64,000 bases of DNA from Hypanus sabinus (lineage: Eukaryota), in the NCBI RefSeq assembly GCF_030144855.1, contig NC_082728.1:32798001-32862000 (forward strand). The letters run 5' to 3'. Both the position numbers and the translations under genes were made by a program. Under the pieces are notes generated by a model that did not search any database, had not been told where the DNA came from, and saw only the letters and a program-made list of their open reading frames with translations. Positions 35,581 to 47,697 of this stretch are shown one piece after another (position 1 is the first letter of the stretch; each line of letters opens with the position of its first letter).

Positions 35581-37619
35581 GCATACAAGGTGAAGGAGAA
35601 TCCTGAGGGTGACTATAGATATATTAAGGGCAAAAGGATCGCAAGGAACAACATTGGTCTTCTGGAAGATTAGAGTGGTAATCTATGTATGGAGCTGAAA
35701 GAGATGTGGGAGAATGTAAATGGGGTTTTTGTGTCTGTATTTACTCAGGAGAGGGACACAAGGTCTATATAAGTTCATCAATGCAGCTGTGAGGCTATGC
35801 ACTCTATACAGATAACAGAGGAGGAGGTGTCATGAGGCAAATTAAGGTGGATGAATCCCCAGGGCCTGACAAGGCAGGCCAGTGCAGAAATTTCAAGGGC
35901 CGTAGCTGAGATATTTAAACATCCTTAGTGTCAGGTGAGGGGCCATAGGATTGGATAATAGCTGATATTATTCTGTTGTTTAAGAAAATCTCTAAGAATA
36001 AGATAGGAAATTGGAGGCTGGCGAACCTTATGTCAGTAGTAGGAAAGTTATTGGAAGGTATTCTGACGGATACCCTCAATATAACTATTTGGATAGACAA
36101 GGACCGATTAGGGATAGTCAGCATGGCTTTGTGCATGGCAGGTCATGTCTAACCAATCTTACTTAAAGAGTTTTTTTGAGGAAGTTACCAGGAAGGTTGA
36201 TGAAGGCAAAGCAGTGGATGTTGGCTGCATGGACTTTAGCAAAGCCTTTGACAAGGTCCTACATGGGAGGTTGGTCAAGAAGGTTGAATCACTTGCCGTT
36301 CAAGATGAGGCAGTAAATTGGATTCAACATTGTCTTCGGAGGAGAAGTCAGAGAGTGGTGGTAGATGGTTACCTCTGACTCGAGGCCTGTGACCAGTGGA
36401 CTGGAGCTGGGTCCTTTGTTGTTTGTCATCTATATCAATGAACTGAATGATACTGTGGCAAATTGGATCATAAAAGTTACGATGACACCAAAATTGCAGG
36501 TGTAGTGGAAAGCAAGGAATACCATCAAAGTTTGGAGTGGGACCAGGACCAGCTGGAAAAGTGAGTTGCAAAACGGCAGATGGAATTTAATGCAGACAAG
36601 TGTGAGGTGTTGAAGTTTGGGAAGTTCAAGCAGTGTTGGTCTTACACAGTGGGTGGTAGGACAGTGAGGAGTATAATAAAACAGTGAGATTTGGGAATAT
36701 AGATTCATAATTCCTTGAATTCCTTTTCAAAGGTTGATAAGGTCATAAAGATTTTGGAATGTTGCCCTTCATAAATCAACGTATTAGTGCAGGAGTTGAG
36801 ATGTAATGTTGAAATTGTATAAGATGTTGGTGACACCTAATTTGGTGTAATGTGTGTTGATTTGGTCACCTACCCAAAGGAATGCTGTAAATAAGGCTGA
36901 AAGAGTACAGAGAAAATTTACATAGATGTTACGGGGACTTGAGGATCTGGGTTATATGGAAAGGTTGAATAGGTTAGGATGTTATTCCTTAGAACACAGA
37001 AGGTTGAGAGGAGATTTGATAGAGGTGTACAAAATTATGAGGAGTATAGCTAGGGTAAATGCAAGCAGGCTTTTTCAACTGAGGTTGGGTGAGATGGGAA
37101 CTAAAGAAAATGGGCTAAGGGTGAAAGGTTTAAGGGGAACATGAGAGGGAGCCGCTTCACTCAGAGGGTGGTGAGATTGTGGAGTGAGCTGCCAATGCAA
37201 GTGATGGATGGGGCATTGATTACACCATTTTACATAAATTTGGATAAGTACATGGATGGAAGGCGTATGGAGGACTGTAGGTCAATGGGACTAGGGAGAC
37301 TAATAGTTCAGCATGGACTAGATGGACTCAAGGGCCTGTTTCTGTGCTGTCATGTTCTTTGTTTCTATGCTCCATGTAGATCACAGGAAATGAAATGCAT
37401 CAGTCAAGGCTGTGTTGTGGAAGACATTGGGATGTCATAAATTCATCTGTGATCTAACTGACTACGAGAGCACACTGGAGGAACATCCAGCCAGTTATTT
37501 TTTGTAAGCTTTTCCTGTATTCGCACTGGTTCATGTGTTTGTTGGTGAGGACTCCTAAAAGGAGATCAAAAATTTACTTTAAAATAATTTTTAAAAAATA
37601 GTTCGTTTCAAAATAAATT

Positions 37620-39050
37620 TATTATCAAATTACTTTATGTCACCATATACTGCCTTGAGATTCATTTTCTTGAAGGCATTTACTTTAAAACAAAAACTGC
37701 TATATAATAGAATCAGTGAAAAACTACACAAAGATTTACAAATAATGAATGTACAAAGGAAGACAAATGGCAAAAATAAAAAAGATATAGTGAATAAATA
37801 ATACTGAGAACAGGAATTGGAGAGTTCTTGAAAGTGTGCCCATAGGTTGAGAGAAGTCATCCACACAGATTCAGGAGCCTGATGGTTGTAGGGTAATCCC
37901 TATTCCTGAACCTGTTGCTGCTGGACCTATAGCTCTTGTACCACCTTCCCACTGTCAACATAAAGAAGTGAGCATAGGCTGGACAGTGCAGATGATTAAT
38001 GATGGCTGCGACTTTTTTGTGGCAGTGCTACTTGTCGATGTGCTCAGTGGTGGGGAGAGCTTAGCCTGTGATGGATTAAGTTGTATCCAACACTTTTTGC
38101 AGACATCTCCATTCTTGTAAGTGATCTTGTCATCCTTGTTACTTCGTCAATAGGGTCTGAGTTAATATCAGCACCCAGGATGAAAAGCCAAATGTGGCAT
38201 TTACATCAGATGACCTCCCGCAGAGATCCTTGCAATAATTCCAAGTGCTCTACTGTCAACACTGATCAGAACATCAGAGATTTAAGACATAGCAAGTGTT
38301 GGAATCTTAAGCAAAAACAAACCTCTGGAGGAAGTCAGTGAGTGAAGCTGCTTGACCCCATGAGTTCATCGGCAGATTATATTCTGATCAGCACCTCGTC
38401 TGGATCAATCACTGGAGAGATGACGATCAAAGCAGGTCAAAGAACAGAGGGCTTAGTATTTAATGTAAAGCTGGTAAATTTTTGAGAGCAGTAATTGGGA
38501 ACAGATGTACTCTGGGAAATTTATATTGGAAATATGGAGCTTGCTTAGGTATTAATTGCATGGGGTTCTGGATTAGTTCTCTTGTTGAGACAGGGAAAGA
38601 TTGGAAGGGAGAAGGAACTATAATTGACATGAGAGGTGGAGCACCTAGTCAAGAATTTTAGCAAGCAACGATCAGATTTGGACACCCTTTATTCAGACAA
38701 GAGTCTTGAGAGTTACAAGGTAACAAGAAAAGAACATAATAAAAATAAGAGAGTTAAAAAGGGATGTGAGAAAGCCTTGATGAATAGGATTAAGAAAAAC
38801 CCCAAGGCTTCTACACATATATGCAGAACAGGAAGGTGACTACCTTGTTATAGGTCTTCAGAGATCTGTAGCTCCTCCCTGATGTTCATGAGGAGAAAAT
38901 GACATGCCCTGATGGTGAATGATGGATGCCACCTTCTCAAATAACCGCCTTTTGAAGATGTCCTCGATAGCTGGGAGGGTTGTGCCTCCATCTGGAAATT
39001 TGTTCAAGAGGGAGCAGTGTACATGAGAACAGTTTCTGTGGTGCCACAGA
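37620..39050 (-). mobile_element. Rex1/Babar 3' fragments (~37620-38090, ~38840-39050) with an intervening CR1 remnant (~38520-38840, + strand)
   Basis: IINHLHCPAYAHFFMLTVGRWYKS-like and VASIIHHQG remnants; LMNRIKKNPKA (CR1). Confidence 0.6.
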
Positions 39051-40566
39051 GAACAAGTGGCAGCTGTGAAAAGAGAGAATGAGCAGCCAAAATACCTAAC
39101 CACAAACCACAGCCACCATTTATTTTTGCCCACATTGCACCAGAATATGTGGTTCCTTTATCAGCCTCTACAGCCATCTGATGACCCAACAATAGGCAAC
39201 CCCTTAGAGAACATCATATTCAACTCAAGTGATTGCACTACTACTATGGATATTGATGACAATAAAATCAACTTCGACTTGACTTTAGTGTCGGTAACAG
39301 GAGGCAAATGATTGGAAATAAATTAGATTTGGATCCCCTTTATCCATAGATTTAAAACAAATAGAGAATATGTTACCTGTAGTTTTTGATGGGAATAAAT
39401 GCAGAACTTATTGCTAAAATCTTTACCAGCATGTCAACTGTTTGACCTGTTTACTTGTTATACATTCTATGTTTTATGTCTTTAGTGTTTGTAGTTTTAT
39501 TTACAGATCAGTTTCATTCAACAGTATCTACCATTCCTTTCTGAAATTGTGAACATGTATATGCTTAAGATGCATAAGATACTATTGCTAAAAAAAAGTC
39601 TAGGCACTTAGCTTATGGAAATTCAATCCTTCTTTCCATAGATCTGATCTGATGTTTCTCTTGTACATTCCTCTAATAAATTCATGTAATGCCGGTTACA
39701 AAATATTGCTATCATTCTCTGAGTGGGTATGAATATCAAAATGAATTTACTGATAGTCATTCCTATTGATCATTAATACAGATTGCAAGCACAAATTCAG
39801 TTTTGCTACATGGCGAATAAAAAAGCTTATCGAAAAGGCATAACATTTTGGAGTTTTACTCCACTTCATGGAACAACAGAATTTCAGACAATATGTTAAT
39901 TTCTTTGAAATCCACTAATGTTAGGAAAATTATTATTTAACAATAGTCGATGCATACATATGCAAACTATCACTACAGAAATGAACAGATTAAATAACTT
40001 AAAAATGAGTTTTGTTTTCATGACATTTTGAACCAGATTGTTCATAGCCTTGCATCACATTTAATTCTGCATGTTGCAGATCAAATGTTAACTGCATCAT
40101 TACCTTCACCTCCTTTGCCATGCCTGCTTCTGGTCTGCTTAAACCACGTGTTGAAATTTCCAACTTTATTACTTTTACACTGTGTTTCTTGGTTGATATT
40201 CCTAATGCCACCTAATAGGCAAACATGTCTTTGTCTCAAATACTGCCAACATATTTTAAAATCTCTACTCAGTCTGGACTTACTTAAATTCTATAAATCC
40301 TTCAGTACAATGACCTTTTAAGATTCTCCAATTCCAGATTATTACACACTCCACTTTTAATTGCCTCAGTAGTTCTTGAATTCCCTCCTTTATCTTTCCT
40401 TTTTTGTCTTCATGAAAAGTCTGTTGCAAACCTGCATATTTGCAAAAACAATTAGTCTGCTGCTGTAAAATGTTTTTGTATGTAAGGGTGTTAATTTTTG
40501 TTGTAGGGGAAGTTAGAGTCACTTAAATATGTTAAAAGATGAAGATAGTTAAAAGTAACAAAGACA

Positions 40567-40742
40567 AATGCTGGAAGAACTCAGCAAGTCAGGCAGCATC
40601 TATGGAGGGAAATAAACTGTTGATGTTTCAATTTAAAAGACACTATATCAGGAGTCCTGATGAACGGTCTTTGCCCAAAACGTTGACTATTTATGTCCCT
40701 CTATAGATGCTGCTTGACTTGCTGAGTTCCTCCAGCATATTA
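40567..40742. mobile_element. Inverted pair of Penelope-like terminal repeats (palindrome centred at ~40654), with a hammerhead remnant on each strand
   Basis: Left arm aaatgctggaagaactcagcaagtcaggcagcatcta pairs with right arm tagatgctgcttgacttgctgagttcctccagcat. The + strand reads AGTC-CTGATGA-acggtctttgccc-AAAAC-GTT-GACT at 40653-40688. Confidence 0.75.
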
Positions 40743-41009
40743 TGCATGTTGCTCAAAATTTCCACCATCTGATGGATCTCTTGTGTCTATACTATACTGT
40801 GCATCTTATTGAATGGTGGAGCAGGCTCGATGGGCCAGATGGCCTACTCCTGCTCCTATTTCTTATGTTCCTATGTCCTTATGACATAGTGGTCACTCCT
40901 GGACCATTTTGGGACTCTGTGGTTTGATTATTAATATTCTGTGTGTTATTTGCTTGTTTTTTGCTGTTTGCGTGATTTGTTGTTTCTTTGGAAGTTAAGA
41001 ATAGGGACG

Positions 41010-42000
41010 TCATATATAAGAGCATAAGAAATAGGAGCAGGAGTAGTCCATCTGGTCCAATGAGCCATGATTCAATGGCTCCACCATTAAATCAGATGAT
41101 GGCTGATCTGGCTGTGGACTCAGCTTTCCCCCATAACCATTAATTCCCCTGCTATGCAAACATCTAGCTAACTCTGTCTTAAGTATATTTAATAAGGTAA
41201 TTTCTACTGCTTCCCTGAGCAGGGAAGCCACAGAATCACAACTCTCAGGTAAAGCAAGTTTTTCCTCATGTCTGTCTTAAGTCTATTCCCCTAAATCTTG
41301 AGCCTATGTCTCCTAGTTCTGGTCTCACTTACCTCTATCCTACCACTAATCATTTCATACCTACATGTTTCTATCAGGCCCTCTCTAATTCTTCTGAATT
41401 CCAGTAAATGTAGTCCCAAGCAACTCAATTTCTCCTCACAGTCTAACCCCTTTATCTCCGGAACAAAGCTTGTGAAACTTCTCTTCACCGGCTCCAAAGT
41501 CAGTACACCTTTCTTCATAGAAGGTCAGAACTGCACACAGTACTCCAAGTGCGACCTCACCAGAAAACTGTATGTTTGCAGCGTAAACTCACTGCTCTTA
41601 AATTTAGTCCCTCTAGCACTGAATGCCAACATTCCATTTGACTTCTTGAAACCTGTTGCTCCCTCAAACAAACTTTTTGTGATTCATTCACAAGAACACC
41701 CAAGTCCCTCTGCACAACATAATTGTAAAACCTTTTAGCATTTAAATAATCTAATTAGATTCATGGATTCATAGAAAAGAACACCTCAGAAACAGGCCCG
41801 TCAGCTCATCTAGTCCATGCTGAAACATTTAAACTGCCAACGCCCATTGACCGTCCAAACTCCTGATATTCCAGTTGAAATTGAGCTGGCATGCTCCACA
41901 TCAAAAACCTCTGAGTGAAGAAGTTTCCCTTAATATTCCCCTTAAACTTTTCACCTTACACCCTTAACCCATGACCTCTGAGTGTAGTTCCACCTAATCT
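41010..42000 (-). mobile_element. Two CR1 3' fragments
   Basis: EFRRIREGLIET motif and CR1 3' UTRs on the minus strand. Confidence 0.82.
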
Positions 42001-44092
42001 CAGTGGGAAAAGTTCCAGGAGTCTCCTGCATACCCACATATTGATAGCAGCTTTGTTATGTACCTCTAGGGTTTATTTTTTTCTGAGGACTGTCACTTTG
42101 AAACGTTGAGAGAAAGAGACTGACTTTTGGACAGTCGGATTTCTGCTGACTGCAGAGTTGCTTGGTTACTGTGGTGGAGAGAGGTGGAGTTATTTGATGG
42201 ACAATCAATGTCATGGTTTTTCTGCAGCTTGTTTACTTTTTACAAGGACAGTCACAGACACACACAGTTAGAGTCAAGATGGATTCCGTCAATGAAAGAC
42301 ACCAGTTAGTCGGTTGCTGGTTTAAACTTTCAGTAGCCCAAAAAGGGGTGAGTTGAGATCAATCCAGAGTATCGATAAATGACTCTCACAATTTTGCTGC
42401 AACTAGAAGAAGTTTGCAGAGAGAGAAGTGGAGAGGAAGGTTTGAAACAGAAGATACTTTGTGACAAAGAGATCACTGTTTGGACTCTCTCCAAGTAGAC
42501 CGTGAGGGTGAGTTTTTTTCCATTCGGCTACGAAAGTGTTATTGTCACTTAGTTAATCCACAGGAATGGTTCTCTGGTGAGGGGAGAACCTTTCTGAATA
42601 CCGCATGTGTGTTTACCCTTTCTCTACCCTTTTTCTGTAACACTGAAGATAGTTACTCCTGTGGCAAATCACTGTTAGAGTTATTTCGTATTTTATGGAA
42701 CTGGACAAGTGGCGATCATGTTGTGTGTGATTGGGGTAACATTGTGGAATCTACTGGTGTGTCAACCCTTGCCTGGGTGGTGGTTCCCTTAAAGATGGTC
42801 CCTGTTGTGATAAGCTACTGTTGGTGATAACCCATATGTGGATTCGGTTTGAGTGTCGTGTGGCCAGCACTTTGAGTGTCCCGTAGCTGAACTCGGGTGT
42901 GGTACCCCTCGTGTTGAAAGGATATTCGTTGAAGATTACTGTCGGTGATACTTTGTGTGTGGAGTGGAACAACTGCGGCGATAAAACCTATGGCTGTTGT
43001 TATTCTGTATTGCTGTTGTGGAATCTGTGGAATATCGATGTAATTGCCTTCTCACAACAGTCGCCTTTGGATTACAAATTATCTCGCATTAATTAACCTG
43101 CGCATTTGAACTGAACTTTTCTTACACACCATCATAAGACTGTATCACTTACCACCTACGCTTGAAGAAGTTTGGGGATTTATATATCAACACCTATATA
43201 TGCATAACACCATTAACTCTTGATTTACCCGGTTTAAGCTACTAAATGATGTTGTTACTAATAAAGTAGTGTTTTGTTAACAGCAAAACCAGACTCCAGG
43301 TGTGTTCTATCGCTGCAGATACTTCTACAGGGTTACGTAAAAGTATAGATTACAGGCTCCCTGACGCCCGCAAATATTATCCAATATCCTGGAAATCAAT
43401 TTTTTTTGAGAGGGTGAGGGAGGGGGGGGGAGGAGCGAGAGCGAGAGGAAGCATCCTGATTGGTCTCTAAGTAGACCTATCAGTTTCCTGTGGGCGGGCT
43501 TTACAGTTGACCTCCCTCTCTCATTGCCCATCAGTTCAGTTTAATGTCCTGCTGCGCCATGGCAGAGTGTTCCAAAAAAAGAAAATATAAAACGTAGTTC
43601 ACCCCAGACACCACTAAAGTGCACTCCTGCTTAATCCGGGTCAAAAGTAATGACAGTGTTGCTCACTGCACTGTTTGCAACAGTGACCTCTCTATTGCCC
43701 ATGGTGGGTTAAATGACTGTAAAAGACATGTTGAAGTGAGTTTGAGATGTCATTCGTTCATTAGCATAGCTAACGGTATTTAAACTAGCTGGCTAGCGAC
43801 TGAGGAGTTACTCTATTGACGTCCTACGTGATAAGGCTAAATTCCCTGTAGACTTGCTTAAAGTTGTAATAGAACAAAAAAATGACTCCATGATAATATA
43901 ATACAAATACATATTTTAATGTCACATTTTCTGCATATACCCAACTTGGTTTACAGATTAGACAAAATCACTAAACAAAGTATTACATACACTCTTGGAG
44001 GTCGACTGGAGGTGGGGGGATATGGAGTTGTGGGGGGCTGGGGTGTTACCTCCCTGAAATCAGATTTTGCAGGGTGGGGTGTCTGCTATCAT
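42001..44092 (+). mobile_element. Non-autonomous hAT-type element with BED-finger remnant, interrupted by a solo LTR
   Basis: MAECSKKRKYK...AHCTVCNSDLSIAHGGLNDCKRHVE (43559-43735, BED zinc-finger pattern, one stop codon); flanks rejoin around the LTR; ends near ggtggggtgtctg. Confidence 0.6.
42054..43354. mobile_element. Solo LTR (~1.3 kb)
   Basis: TGTTATG...TTACA termini; degenerate 5-bp TSD AGCTT/GGCTC; no coding capacity. Confidence 0.6.
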
Positions 44093-44129
44093 ATCTCCTC
44101 TCAATCCTATGTTCGAAGGAATAAAGTGT

Positions 44130-44226
44130 AACCTATTCAAGCAACACACATCAGATGCTGGAGGAAATCAGCATCGATGGAAAAAAGGACAGTTGACGTT
44201 TCGGGCCGAGACCCTTCGGCAGAACA
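44130..44226 (-). mobile_element. Penelope-like terminal repeat fragment with decayed hammerhead (44191-44226)
   Basis: GTT-CTGCCGA-agggtctcggccc-GAAAC-GTC-AAC: stem I GUU/AAC and GUC site intact, core A6 changed to C. Confidence 0.7.
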
Positions 44227-45054
44227 CTAACCTTTTCCGACCTATTCAACCTTTCCTTATACTCAGATCCTCCAGTCCCATCAACATCCTTGTGAATATT
44301 TTTGAACTCTTTCAACCTTATTTACGTCTTTCCAGTAAATAGGTGATCAAAACTGCACATGACACTCAAGGTTCAAATTCATCCTCTTGACAGAAGTCCA
44401 CGAAACAAGGAAACCCCAGAGAACAACAGAAACATCGAAGCCCCCCTCCCTTCACACAAACAGCAGCAAAAGCACTGATCCCCTCACCCCTCCACCTGCG
44501 CAAGCAGAAATACCGACTCCCCCACCCCACCACCATGCGGGCAGCAGCAGAAGTAGCAAGGAGCCCATTGATCCAGAGTCCATCAGGCTACAGTTCACAA
44601 AGCTGCAATTCGGTATCTCAGACAGGCTCTCTCTCTTCACCAAAGGAGCGAGAGGTCTCTCTTGCAACAAGGGCGGAGAAGCGCGACTTGCTGTTCCGGT
44701 GTCACTTTCTTCTGCGTCGTTACCAAGGCTTCCGTCTTATGGACCAACAGGCTGTGGCTCCATCGAGAGCCACAGAGACGGATCACTCTAGTACAGGGGT
44801 TTCCTTCGACAGCAGCCAGCAATTAGCAAACATGGCACCTGCTGTCTCGGTGTCCCAGTCTTGCTGTTTCCGTCTCCAATGATGCCTGGCCGGCAAAATC
44901 GGCGACCAGCTGGCTGCTCCCCGACTTCCGACCTCCCAGCCCGAGGGCGCGAGAAAATGAACATATCTGGAGGTAATGAAGCTCTTGGACTAACAGTAGA
45001 GATAGCGGAGATATCGGGAGATGACGAAGCACTGGGACACAGTTCATCTGAAAA

Positions 45055-46260
45055 CCCACTGCTGTCCTCGTTATATGCATATTCAGACTATGCGGATACA
45101 ATTATGCGAGGAACCGGGTTCTACCGTGTCTCATTATATGCGTCCAAAACCCACAGTTATACGGGGAGCCCCCGCTTTCCCGTCAATACAAGTCAGCTGC
45201 GGGCTCCTCACAGTCTCACTCCCGCCAGCTGCGCATTCGTTTTGGCAAGCAATGGATGTGCGATCTTGCGCTCTTAAACTTTTGTTGGTTTTACCTATGG
45301 GGTAATGATTTTGTGCTTGAAATATTTAACTGTGCCTCCTAAGCGTCCAATGTCATTTCCTGGGCCATCAGAACTGCTTTAACATTTGGAAAGAAAGTTG
45401 GAAATTATAAGCAGCGCGGCATCAGGTAAAGGTTACACGGCTCTTGGACGCTCCTGCCGGGAACAGAACCTTGCCTGTAAAGTTCTTCTGTTGCTTGAGA
45501 ATGCGCCAGCCCAGCCTAAACATTTGGGCAGCATTCATCGTAATATAATAGTGCGTTTCCTGCCGCCTAACACAACATCGCTGATTCAACCACTCGACCA
45601 AGGTGAGATCCACATTCAAGTTTTTTTTACGGCGAACTATCTCTCAGATGCTGCAAGCAACAGACGACTTTGAAAATCCCGGGAGGTTACCAACGGAGAG
45701 GGAATGGTGGAAATTGGAACATTTGGCACAAATGGCGATGACATGGACCCAAGTTTAGAACGGAGTCACATTTCAGTTGTTCCCTGCCATCAACCCTTCT
45801 CCCCACAAGCAAATTTATACTGAAAAACAAAATGCTGCCAAGCAAACAACCCACACTACATTCTTCAATCCGGTGTCGTCACCTATCGTTCTGTGAGTCT
45901 CCTTCACCCCTTGCTGTGCTCGATGTCCACCTTTTCCATGTAATGCTGCCCGACACCACAACAACCACTCATCTCCCGGAGCGAACACACCTGCCACTGT
46001 TGGTGAGTACTGTACACCCTAGTATGTTAACTTTCTATGATTTATTACTTTGAATATTACCTTAAATTGATGAAATATAATATAAATGTTGCCCTGTGGT
46101 ACTGCTTTTGTGTCGTATTGGTATGAAAATGTGAATAGATTACAGATATTTGGCAAACCCTCTGGAACACATCCCTGTTTTCTCCATTTAAATAATTATT
46201 CACATTATGCGTCGACTGCGAGGAAGTTATCCCCCGCATATAACGACGATGGAAATTTTC
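45055..46260 (+). mobile_element. pogo/Tigger DNA transposon remnant
   Basis: KVLLLLENAPAQP...FLPPNTTSLIQPLDQG (pogo DDD domain) at 45480-45605; loose inverted termini TCCTCGTTATATGC / GCATATAACGACGA. Confidence 0.7.
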
Positions 46261-46515
46261 ACTACACTATGGACAGAAGAATATGAATTCTGGTTTTACT
46301 TACAATGCCTATAGAAGATATTCACTCCCTTGGAGGTTTTCATATTTTATTGTTTTACAACATTGAATCACAAAGGTTTTAATTTGACTTTTTTGACACT
46401 GATCAATAGAAAAATTCTGGTGTCAAAGAGAAAACAGATTTTTACAAAGTGATCGAACTTAATCACAAATATAAAATACTAATATTTGAGTGCAAAAGTA
46501 TTCACCCCTTTAATG

Positions 46516-47697
46516 TGATATGTGGAATGGAGCCAGGATATTATCAGCAAGCCACAGAATTTATTATCACCGAAGTAGAACATAGAAAATTAAAGTACAG
46601 TCAAGAATGTCAGTTCAGAAAGTTTCAGTTATTCACAAGGGTCATTGAGAGGAGAGACTTTTAGATTTGAAGTGTAGCAAAGAGACTATCTTGAAGACAG
46701 AGATTCAAAATACAGTGGAGGAGCGAGTCTCACAGAGGTATGTCAGAAACAGCCACCGTACCTTTCTGAAGGTGATTCGGCAGGCACCCAGTAGACAAAA
46801 AGTGAGAATTTCTGACATAACTGACAGGAGAAGTCCCTTTTCCAGAACTGGTCACCACACACCTGAGACTTTGCAGGGGTCACCAAAGTGAGGGCCAAAA
46901 ATCCACATTTGGATTACCCAGTTCCACAACATACGAAGTAACTCCAACAATGATTTGCCACAGGGTTGCCTCTTCAGTAAACTACCACACCCAGTCAAGG
47001 GTTAAACACACACGTGGTATTCACAAAGGTTTTCCCTCACCAGAGAATCCACTCCCATGGATTAACTATGTGACAACCACACTTTTGTATCCAAATAGAA
47101 TCAGACTCATCCCTACAGGCTACTTGGAGAGAGTCCAAATAGTGATCTCTTTGTCACTAGGTTTCTTCTGTTTCAAACCTTTTCTCTCCCCTCTTCTCTG
47201 CAACTGCCTTCAGCTGCAGCAACTGTGAGAGTCATTTATCAATACTCTGGATTGATCTCAACTCACCACTTTGGGCTACTGAAAGTTTAAACCAGCGACC
47301 CACTCACTGGTGTCTTTCCTTGACCGAAACCATACTCGACTCTGTGGAGCACCCTGTGCTGCTCCTTTTATACTGTTGGGGTAGGTCATCGCGTGACACT
47401 CACAGAAACAAAGTCACAGATTTCCACTACATCACGTACCGTCCCAAGAATTGAGACTGGGGTACATAACACACAGATTTCCAGTACATCACGAACCGTC
47501 CCAAGAATTGAGACTGGGCTACATAACACACAGATTTCCAGTATATCACGAACCGTCCCAAGAATTGAGACTGGGGTACATAACACACAGATTTCCAGTA
47601 TATCACGAACCGTCCCAAGAATTGAGACTGGGCTACATAACACACAGATTCCCAGTACATCACATACCGTCCTAGATGTTGAAACGGGTTCATAACA
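46516..47697 (-). mobile_element. Solo LTR nested in Tc1
   Basis: TGATATG...CATAACA termini; perfect 4-bp TSD AATG; TATAAAA on the minus strand near 47370. Confidence 0.82.
47419..47672. repeat. 57-bp tandem repeat, ~4.5 units, inside the solo LTR
   Basis: Unit starts at 47419, 47476, 47533, 47590 and 47647; alternating GGGGT/GGGCT variants. Confidence 0.95.

Larger units (their letters stand above)
30160..37380 (+). mobile_element. CR1 (endonuclease to 3' UTR) split by the Gypsy insertion at 30703-35580
   Basis: The reading EIALA-DKVKENP is reconstituted across the Gypsy element; MDFSKAFDKV, DDTKIAGVV, RLRGDLIEVYKIM motifs downstream. Confidence 0.9.
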
